This document shows positions 9,226-17,284 of a stretch of 64,000 bases of DNA, piece after piece. The stretch lies in assembly GCF_028368995.1 (NCBI RefSeq), contig NZ_JAQNDL010000001.1, positions 2,144,001-2,208,000 of the forward strand, written 5' to 3'. The notes beneath the pieces were generated by a model, which saw only the letters and a program-made list of their open reading frames with translations, ran no database searches and was not told the origin of the DNA. The DNA is from Nannocystis bainbridge (lineage in GTDB: Bacteria > Myxococcota_A > Polyangia > Nannocystales > Nannocystaceae). How positions within the stretch are numbered: the first letter of the stretch is position 1; each line of letters begins with the position of its first letter. A program made the translations under genes and the position numbers.

Positions 9226-10088
9226 CGACCCGCGGCTTCGCGGCGCTGCACGCCCGTCACGTCTGGCGCGGCACGTTCATCGCCGCGGCGCTCAACGCCT
9301 GCCTCTACCCGCTCGACCTCCTGCGCGGGCGCGACATCGGCCCGGCCCCGTGGTGGCCCGTCCTGGGCTCGAGCGTGATCGGCCTGGCGATCGCCGTCTT
9401 CATCCTCGTCGTCCATCGCCGGCGGCCGCAGAGCGTGCGCTTCGGCTCGGCCCTCTTCATCGTCAACCAGGCCGCCATCCTGCTCGCCGCCCAGCTCATG
9501 GGCCCGCATCAGCTGCAGGACCCGAACCTCATCCCGTTCCAGGTCCACAAGCTCGGCACCTTGACCGTCGCCATCCTCGCCCCCGAGCGCTGGGCCGGCC
9601 TGCTCTGCATCGCCGCGTTCGCGCTGATCCCGTTCTTCCAGTTCTTCCGCCTGGACCCGGGGCAGCAGGCCCGCATCGACACCAGCGAGCCGCTGGTCCT
9701 GCTCGTCTACGGCGCGGTCGCGGCCGTGCTGCTGCTGTACCGCCTGCGCGGCCTCGCCACGGAGCGCGCGCTCGTCCAGGTCCAGACCGAAGCCGCCGAC
9801 GCCCGCCGCACCGCCCGCCTGCTGCTCGCGGTGCGCGACCTCTCGAACACGCCGCTGCAGGTCATCGCGCTCGCCAGCGCCGCCGCGCGCCGCCGCAGCC
9901 CTGGGCTCGGCGAGCCGCTCGACCGCCTCGACCGCGCGCTCGAGCGGCTGCGCGCCCTGCATCAGCCGCTCAAGATGTACGAGGCCGATCTCGAGTGGCG
10001 CCCCGGCGACGAGTCGATCGACGCCGAGGCGGTCCTGGCAGCCGCCGAGTTCGAGGCCCGCGCCCGCCGCTCGAGCAGCTCGCTCTGA
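9222..10088 (+). CDS. Polytopic membrane protein with degenerate His-kinase DHp-like tail
   Basis: TTG start overlaps the receiver stop; about 5-6 hydrophobic segments, then a coiled coil and VRDLSNTPLQVI; no ATP-binding domain. Confidence 0.65.
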   Translation: MTTRGFAALHARHVWRGTFIAAALNACLYPLDLLRGRDIGPAPWWPVLGSSVIGLAIAVFILVVHRRRPQSVRFGSALFIVNQAAILLAAQLMGPHQLQDPNLIPFQVHKLGTLTVAILAPERWAGLLCIAAFALIPFFQFFRLDPGQQARIDTSEPLVLLVYGAVAAVLLLYRLRGLATERALVQVQTEAADARRTARLLLAVRDLSNTPLQVIALASAAARRRSPGLGEPLDRLDRALERLRALHQPLKMYEADLEWRPGDESIDAEAVLAAAEFEARARRSSSSL

Positions 10089-10144
10089 GCCGCACGACCC
10101 GAGCAGCGCGAGGCGTCACGTCGCTCGCGGCGGCGCCGTCGCGC

Positions 10145-10283
10145 GAACATCTCGCGCCGACATGTCCCGTGGGCCATGTCACGAGGATCGCCAGTCGGCG
10201 CTCCCGGGATGTCCGCCAGGACATCTCTCGTCATTCACACGCCAGCGAGACGGACACACCAACCTGTCCGGAAGAACAGATTG
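10145..10283. repeat. Loose cluster of GGACATGTCC-like units in 14-bp pairs
   Basis: Pairs at 10158/10172, 10205/10219 and 10260/10274, between convergent genes. Confidence 0.6.
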
Positions 10284-10284
10284 A

Positions 10285-10467
10285 CCGCACACCCCGCCAA
10301 CGCCGAGCGCCGGCCTTTCGCGCCGGCGCCGGTCACATGTCCCTCGGGACAGCTTGCTACAGCTTGAACTCGATCGTCCGCACACCCCGCAAACGCCGAG
10401 CGCCGGCCTTTCGGGCCGGCGCCGGTCAGCTGTCCCACGGGACAGCTTACTGCAGCTTGAACTCGAT
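10285..10467. repeat. Imperfect 93-bp-period tandem duplication covering the ompA-like 3' end and its downstream hairpin
   Basis: Copies 10285-10374 and 10378-10467 both read ccgcacaccccgc.aacgccgagcgccggcctttcg.gccggcgccggtca..tgtccc.cgggacagctt.ct.cagcttgaactcgat. Confidence 0.85.
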
Positions 10468-11901
10468 GCGGCGGTTCTGCGACTTGCCCTTGGCCGTCTT
10501 GTTGTCGGCGATCGGCTCGTCGGGGCCGGCGCCGCGGGTGGTGATCCGGCCGGCGTCGAGGCCCTTGTCGACCATGTACTGCTTGACCGCGTCAGCGCGC
10601 CGCTTCGAAAGGTCGACGTTGTGGTCGCGGTCGCCGGTGCTGTCGGTGTGGCCGCTGACCTCGACCTTGACGTCGGGGAAGTCCTTCAGGACCTTGACCG
10701 CGTTGTCGAGGGTCGGCCGCGACGTCTTCTTGATCGTGTCCTTGTCGACGTCGAAGAAGATGCCCTTGATCACCCCGGTGAACTTGGTGACCTGCTTCGG
10801 GATCTCGTCGGCGCAGCCGTCGGAGTCCTGGTAGTTGTTCTTCGTCTCCGGGACGTCCGGGCACTTGTCCTCGGCGTCGGGGATGCCGTCCTTGTCGCGG
10901 TCGGGCGGCGGGCAGCCGTCGGGCGCCACGCCCGGGACCTGCGGGCACTGGTCCTTGCTGTCGACGAAGCCGTCGCCGTCGCTGTCCTTCTCCGGGCAGC
11001 CGTCGGGCGCCACGCCCGGCTCCTGCGGGCACGCGTCCTGGCTGTCGAGGAAGCCGTCGCCGTCGCTGTCCGGCTCGGGAGTGGCCAGCGGGCAGCCGTC
11101 GGGCGCCACGCCCGGGGTCGTCGGACACTTGTCGACCTTGTCCTTGTAGCCGTCGCCGTCGCTGTCCGGCTCGGGCGCCGGCGCCGGCTTCTTCTTGTTG
11201 AGGACGAGCGACAGGCCGAGCAGCACCTCGAGGTGGTTGGTGCGGCCGCCGTCGGTCCGGTACTGCGCGGTCGCGTTGTCGCGGACGTCGACGCGCAGCA
11301 GCAGGCGCTCGTTGACGTAGAACTTCACGCCGCCGCCGAAATGGAGCGTCGGGTCGATGTCCTTACCCAGTCCGCTGGTGCCCATCAGGCCGTACCCGAT
11401 GAGGGCGAACGGAGCCACCCGATACGGCAACTGCAAGATACCGTAACCGCGGAACATCCCGATCACCGCGCTCTGATTCGAGGTCGCGGTCTTGGTCGGC
11501 GCCACTCCGCCCTCGATCTCGAGGCCGAGGAACGGCAGCGGGTAGTAACCGAACCGCAGGCCGATGTCGGGCGCGACCGTCTTGTACGGCTGCCAGGTCA
11601 CGCTGGGGTCGCTGGGGTTGTAGAGCTCGTGCTCCTTCGACGGCAGCAGGATGCCGCCGTAGATGCCGAGCTCGAGCTGATGGCGGGTCGGGCGGTGGCG
11701 CTTGATCCACGGCGTGCCGTCGCGGTCGGCCGCGCGCTCCTTCTTCTTCGCCTGCTTCGACGCCTTGGCGTCGGTCGACGCGCCGGCCGGCGAGACGGTC
11801 ACCGAACCGCCCGCTGCCGCGCCGGCGGGCTCGGCCGCGCGCGCGGTCGAGGAGATGGAGAGGGCCACGGCTGCCACGACAGAGGACGAGAATTTGGACA
11901 T
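10447..11901 (-). CDS. OmpA-family outer membrane protein: beta-barrel, 4 thrombospondin type-3 repeats, OmpA peptidoglycan-binding domain
   Basis: Signal peptide from MSKFSSSVVAAVALS; DSDGDG..D..D.CP repeats; SGHTD..NVDLSKRRA..NRRIEF. Confidence 0.92.
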   Translation of the reverse strand: MSKFSSSVVAAVALSISSTARAAEPAGAAAGGSVTVSPAGASTDAKASKQAKKKERAADRDGTPWIKRHRPTRHQLELGIYGGILLPSKEHELYNPSDPSVTWQPYKTVAPDIGLRFGYYPLPFLGLEIEGGVAPTKTATSNQSAVIGMFRGYGILQLPYRVAPFALIGYGLMGTSGLGKDIDPTLHFGGGVKFYVNERLLLRVDVRDNATAQYRTDGGRTNHLEVLLGLSLVLNKKKPAPAPEPDSDGDGYKDKVDKCPTTPGVAPDGCPLATPEPDSDGDGFLDSQDACPQEPGVAPDGCPEKDSDGDGFVDSKDQCPQVPGVAPDGCPPPDRDKDGIPDAEDKCPDVPETKNNYQDSDGCADEIPKQVTKFTGVIKGIFFDVDKDTIKKTSRPTLDNAVKVLKDFPDVKVEVSGHTDSTGDRDHNVDLSKRRADAVKQYMVDKGLDAGRITTRGAGPDEPIADNKTAKGKSQNRRIEFKLQ

Positions 11902-12284
11902 GGTCGAACCCACGCTGAGACGACGACCGTCACGCGAGCGACGGCGACCGGTTTGTACATAAGATCGCGGGCGCTGCCTAGACGAATTGCTCGCGATGCG
12001 ACGACGGCGATCCCACGGATCCGCCACCAACCTCCCCAAACGCGACCTGTACGTTACGCCAGGTTGGCCGCTTTGGGGCTCGTAAACGGGCGTTTTGGCG
12101 GGAATTATTGCGAGCACCTGGGCGCCCGATCCGCGCCCGCCCGCGCCCGCCCGCCCGCCATCTGTATTTTGGGACATGTCGCCAGGGACCCGGGGAGGTC
12201 GTCGTCGCCCCCGGGTTTGCCTGTGCGCGAGCGACGTCGTCGCCACGCTTGACGCCTCGGTACGGCCGCGCTCACCATCCCCGC

Positions 12285-14630
12285 ATGTTTCGAATTGATG
12301 TGCGAACCAGCTTGGTAGGCGGCCTCGGCCTGCTCGCGCTCGAGGGCTGCGGCAACGTGTGCGGCGACGACGGCCTCGTGTGGAATCAGGCCGACAACCC
12401 CGCGTGTCAGCAGGTCACCGCGAGCGTGGGCGACACCGAGACGACCGAGTCGACGACGAACGATCCGACCGACACCGCGCCGACGACGACGACGACCGAC
12501 ACGCCGACGTCGACCATGGGCTCGGGCGAGATGTGGTGCAAGGACGCCGACGGCGACGGCTTCGGCGACCCGACGATGTGTCAGCCGGACATGTTCCCCG
12601 GCTCGGTGCCGAACGCCGACGACTGCGCCGACGACAACGCCGACGCGTTCCCCGGCTCGGCGGAGCTCGACTCGATGACCGCGTGCATGGAGGACGCCGA
12701 CGGCGATGGTTGGGGTGACAGCGATCCGCCCGAGGGCGTCGAGCCTGGCACCGACTGCGCCGACGACAACGCCAACGCGTACCCGGGCGCGGCCGAGATC
12801 GAGTCGATGACGGCCTGTATGGAGGACGCCGACGAGGACGGCTGGGGCGACGACATGCCGCCCGAGGGCGTCACGCCCGGCACCGACTGCAACGACGACA
12901 ACAGCACGATCTTCCCCGGCGCGGCCAAGGACCTGCCGCCCGACCAGTGCACGCAGGACTCCGACGGCGACGGCTCGGGCGACAGCATGCCCGACGACCC
13001 CGACGTCCCGCCGGGCAACGACTGCGCCGACGACGACCCGTTCACCTTCCCCGGCGCCGCGCCCAACGACAGCGCCGAGGCGTGCATGACCGACGCCGAC
13101 GGCGACGACTGGGGCGACGACATGCCGACGGTGCCCGAGGCGGTGCCCGGCACCGACTGCGCCGACGACAACCCGCACGCCTTCCCCGGCTCGGCCGAGA
13201 ACGACTCCGCCAACGCCTGCATGGAGGACGAGGACGGCGACGGCTGGGGCGACGACATGCCGCCCGAGGGCGTCACGCCCGGCACCGACTGCAATGACAC
13301 CGACGCGGCCACCGGCCCCGGCGTGGCCGAGAACGAGGTCGACCCGAACGTGTGCCAGACCGACGGCGACGGCGACGGCTGGGCCGATCCGGACCCGGAC
13401 GACGACGACGCCGTGCCCGGCACCGACTGCGACGACAACGATCCGTTCACCTTCCCCGGCGCCGCGCCCAACGACGACCCGACGGCGTGCATGACCGACG
13501 CCGACGAGGACGACTGGGGCGACATGATGCCGGGCTCCGGCGTCACGCCCGGCACCGACTGCACCGACCGCGACCCGCTCGTGCACGAGAACTGCGCCCG
13601 CTGCGAGCCGAACCAGGTCAAGTGCGTCGACAAGGACCTCCACACCTGCAACGGCGAGGGCTCCGCCGAGAGCGTCGTCACCTGCGACAACGGCTGCGAC
13701 GACGCCGGCCTCAAGTGCTGGGACCCGCTCTCGGTCGAGGCTGGCGACAGCATCTGCGTCGACCTCGGCATGCCGGCCCAGCTGAGCGCCGTGGCCATGG
13801 GCGGCGACGGCGACTACGACTACAGCTGGTCGCCGGCCGCCACCCTGAACGATCCGGCGATCGCCAACCCGGCGGCGACTCCGCTCGGTCCGACCACCTA
13901 CACCATCGACGTCAACGACGGCGAGGGCAACACCGCGTCGGACAGCGTCACCGTCTACCTCAAGAACCAGACGCTGCAGCTCGACCCCGACATCTGCGAC
14001 ACCTACGACTTCCCGGGCGCCGGCGAGGACGCCGATCCCGCGACCAACTGGTCGTGGAACGACAACACGCAGACGCTGTGCCAGACGGTCAACGGCAAGA
14101 GCGCGGCGCTGTTCTGCGGCTGGGACCTCGACAACGCCACCATCACCGGCACCTTCCAGGTCACCGACGACGTCAACGACGACGACTGGATCGGCTTCAT
14201 GTGGGGCCTCCAGAACACCGACCACTACTACCTGTTCTCGTGGAAGCGCATCGGTCAGAACTTCGCCAACTGCGGCGGTCAGCTGCCCGCGGGCATGCAG
14301 GTCAAGGTCATCGACGTCGCCGACCCGATGGTCGCCCCGCAGACCTGCGCCGACCGGCTCCAGCCGGCCGACACCGTCAACTCGAAGCTGCTCGTGCCCG
14401 TCGGCGAGTTCACCACCACCGGCTGGGCCGAGGCCACCGAGTACACCTTCGAGCTGACCCACAAGGCCGGCGGCGAGATGACCATCATCGTCCGCCTCAA
14501 GGCCAACAACAACGTCGTCGCCATGAAGACCTTCATGGACACGACCTACGCCAGCGGCAAGTTCGGCATGTACACCAAGTCGCAGGTCAACGCCTGCTTC
14601 TCCAACTTCGTCGCCAGCTGCGTGCCCTGA
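12285..14630 (+). CDS. Thrombospondin-like lipoprotein: 8 Asp-rich Ca-binding repeats, Cys-rich module, PKD/Ig-like domain, TSP C-terminal-like domain
   Basis: LEGC lipobox; repeats C.DADGDGWGD..PGTDC.DD....FPG.A; C-terminal QTVN..GTF..DDDWIGF..WK..Q..DTTYASGKFG..SQ...FS. Confidence 0.8.
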   Translation: MFRIDVRTSLVGGLGLLALEGCGNVCGDDGLVWNQADNPACQQVTASVGDTETTESTTNDPTDTAPTTTTTDTPTSTMGSGEMWCKDADGDGFGDPTMCQPDMFPGSVPNADDCADDNADAFPGSAELDSMTACMEDADGDGWGDSDPPEGVEPGTDCADDNANAYPGAAEIESMTACMEDADEDGWGDDMPPEGVTPGTDCNDDNSTIFPGAAKDLPPDQCTQDSDGDGSGDSMPDDPDVPPGNDCADDDPFTFPGAAPNDSAEACMTDADGDDWGDDMPTVPEAVPGTDCADDNPHAFPGSAENDSANACMEDEDGDGWGDDMPPEGVTPGTDCNDTDAATGPGVAENEVDPNVCQTDGDGDGWADPDPDDDDAVPGTDCDDNDPFTFPGAAPNDDPTACMTDADEDDWGDMMPGSGVTPGTDCTDRDPLVHENCARCEPNQVKCVDKDLHTCNGEGSAESVVTCDNGCDDAGLKCWDPLSVEAGDSICVDLGMPAQLSAVAMGGDGDYDYSWSPAATLNDPAIANPAATPLGPTTYTIDVNDGEGNTASDSVTVYLKNQTLQLDPDICDTYDFPGAGEDADPATNWSWNDNTQTLCQTVNGKSAALFCGWDLDNATITGTFQVTDDVNDDDWIGFMWGLQNTDHYYLFSWKRIGQNFANCGGQLPAGMQVKVIDVADPMVAPQTCADRLQPADTVNSKLLVPVGEFTTTGWAEATEYTFELTHKAGGEMTIIVRLKANNNVVAMKTFMDTTYASGKFGMYTKSQVNACFSNFVASCVP

Positions 14631-14631
14631 G

Positions 14632-14655
14632 AGACATGTCCTTCGGGACATGACC
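14632..14655. repeat. Two-unit motif pair AGACATGTCC-TTCG-GGACATGACC (can form a C(UUCG)G hairpin)
   Basis: Begins 1 bp after the stop at 14630, between convergent genes. Confidence 0.8.
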
Positions 14656-14699
14656 CGAGAGGCCGCCGCGTCCCCGACGCGGCGGCCTCGCTGCGTGGG

Positions 14700-15866
14700 T
14701 CAGCCCACCGTCAGCGGCAGCGCCCGGCCGTCGGCTTCGACGCGCAAGGCCCAGCGGCGCCCCTCGTCGGCGAGCATCACGATCGCGTGCTGCCCGCGAT
14801 CGAACACCTCGGCCATCGGGTACTCGCCCGCCCCCGTCACGCGGAACACCTCCGGCGCGTGCTCGGCGTCGGTGAGCGTACCGAGCCGCCCGACCAGCGC
14901 CTCCTCCTCGGTCCACAGGCCGAGCACGCGCTCGCCCAGCAGGTGCAGCGCGCCGCCGAGGAAGCGCTCCTCGTCGCCGCGCAGGTGCTCGGTGGCGAAC
15001 GCCTCGGGCCCGGGGACCGTCAGCAGGGTCCACGCCGAACCGCGGTCGTCGCACCAGAACACCCGGCCGACGCCGTCGATGTCGTTGACCTGCAGCGCCA
15101 GGCTCTCGAGCGGCAGCTGCTCGAGCGGCGTCCATCGGCCCGCGCGCACGAACGCCGTCACGAGCAGCGGCGGATCTGCGCCCATCGACACCCCGATCGC
15201 CAAAAAGCCGTCGTCCGAGCCGCCGCGCAGGTGCGCCCAGCACGGGTAATAGTGCTCCTGACCGAACTCGAGCCGACCCAGATCGATGCGCGGCCCCAGC
15301 CCGGTCGCCTCCACCCGTCGCAGCAGCAGCTCGCGCCCGTGGCCCTCCCGGCGCGAGCTGAACAGCCACTCGCCGTGGACCCCCTGGAACTCCTCGCCCG
15401 GCAACCAGTCGGCCAGCGGCGCGCGCGTCACGGCGCCGTCGGGCCGGCCGATCGCCACCAGCGGGCGGTGGTCGGCCTCGACGCCGAGGAACGAGCCATC
15501 GGCCAGCACGCATTCGACCGCCGTGCGCCCGAGCACCGCCGCGATCGGCGGCTGGCCCTCGAGCGGGAGCAACAGCGTCTCCCCGTGAGTCCTACGCTGG
15601 CGCAGCCACCAGCCGGAGGCGCTCGGGATCAGCGCGAACTCGTCGGCCGCGAACTCGTCGGGGTCGCCGAGGCGAAGCTCCCGCACGACCCGCCGCCGCA
15701 CCGGCGCTGTCGGCTCGTCGGCGAACACCAGCAGCGTCGGCGGGGCGAAGAAGAACAGCGCCACCTCGGCCGCGGACCGGCCGACGAGCGGCGGCCTGTC
15801 GGCCTCGATCAAGACCGCGAGCGGCACCGCCTCGCCGCCCGCGTGGAGCATCGGCATCTGGCTCAT
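14700..15866 (-). CDS. Hypothetical protein
   Basis: Long ORF with protein-like composition and host-like codon bias; start taken at MSQMPML. Confidence 0.6.
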   Translation of the reverse strand: MSQMPMLHAGGEAVPLAVLIEADRPPLVGRSAAEVALFFFAPPTLLVFADEPTAPVRRRVVRELRLGDPDEFAADEFALIPSASGWWLRQRRTHGETLLLPLEGQPPIAAVLGRTAVECVLADGSFLGVEADHRPLVAIGRPDGAVTRAPLADWLPGEEFQGVHGEWLFSSRREGHGRELLLRRVEATGLGPRIDLGRLEFGQEHYYPCWAHLRGGSDDGFLAIGVSMGADPPLLVTAFVRAGRWTPLEQLPLESLALQVNDIDGVGRVFWCDDRGSAWTLLTVPGPEAFATEHLRGDEERFLGGALHLLGERVLGLWTEEEALVGRLGTLTDAEHAPEVFRVTGAGEYPMAEVFDRGQHAIVMLADEGRRWALRVEADGRALPLTVG

Positions 15867-15922
15867 GCCGCCGGCATATCGCGCCGCCACCCGCCTGTCG
15901 AGCGTGCACCGCGGCCGACTTC

Positions 15923-15960
15923 GAACATGTCCTTCAGAACATGTCTCGGACACCATGTGA
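15923..15960. repeat. 14-bp-phased array, 3 units
   Basis: GAACATGTCC at 15923, GAACATGTCT at 15937, CACCATGTGA at 15951. Confidence 0.75.
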
Positions 15961-16071
15961 CAGTCGAACCGCAACGACGAGAGGCGCGCAGGCCAGAGCC
16001 TGCGCGCCTCTCAGGATGCGCCTCTCGACGTGAACCTCCCTTCGCTCGGACGCGGGACGGAAGTGGTGCGA

Positions 16072-16483
<412 letters not shown>

Positions 16484-16527
16484 GGCTGAAAGTTCCTCTC
16501 GAGTGAATTCGTGGGGGTCGCGCGCGC

Positions 16528-16968
16528 TCAGGCCGCCTTGACGGTGATCTGCTTCGGCTGCGCCTCGGGGTGCTTGGGCATGGTCACGACCAGGAGCCCG
16601 TTCTTGAGCTCGGCGCTGACCTTGTCCACGTCGATGCGGGCCGGCAGCGCGAAGCTGCGGGAGAAGCGGAGGTCGCCGCGCTCGCGCCGGTGCACCGCGT
16701 AGCCCTTGGGGGCGGTCGCCTTGCGCTCGCCGGTGACGGTCAGGCTCTCCTGCGTGGCCGACAGTTGCAGCTCGGCGTCGGTGAGCCCGGGCACCTCGGC
16801 GACCAGGACGAACGCGTCCTTGGTGTCGCGCAGGCCGGCGCGCGGGAAGGCCAGCGGCTGGCCGCGGCCCTCGGTGTCGGCGTACTCGCGCAGCGCCTGG
16901 TCCATGCGCCGGCGGAGGCTGTCAAAGGTGCGCATTGGGTCGTTGAAGTCCATCCAGTAGCTCAGCAT
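16528..16968 (-). CDS. Hsp20/alpha-crystallin small heat-shock protein
   Basis: AEVPGL..RRERG..FSRSFALP..V.AELKNGLLVVTMPK..PKQI; ACAGGAG RBS upstream of MLSYW. Confidence 0.92.
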   Translation of the reverse strand: MLSYWMDFNDPMRTFDSLRRRMDQALREYADTEGRGQPLAFPRAGLRDTKDAFVLVAEVPGLTDAELQLSATQESLTVTGERKATAPKGYAVHRRERGDLRFSRSFALPARIDVDKVSAELKNGLLVVTMPKHPEAQPKQITVKAA

Positions 16969-17284
16969 GGTCGTGTCTCCTGTGTCGCTCGTCGTCGGTT
17001 TTGGTGGTGCGTTCGAGGCTCCGCCGCGACCATCGGCCGGGCGGGCGCGTGACGGCCCGCCGATCGGTGGTAGCGTGGGTCTGCGCGCCGGAGCCCTCTG
17101 CGGGCTCCCCGGCGGCCTCGGCGGGTCGTCCCGCACCGGCGCTGACAAACTATTGCCGCGTCTCCGAGTGTCAAGGGCGTCGCGAATCGCCGCGTCGTGT
17201 CCGCCTCACGCGCGCCCGACGCCGGCTCGCCCGCGACCCACTGTCACTCGCGACCGGCTGAGCTCGGCGCCAGGGCCGGCGCTG

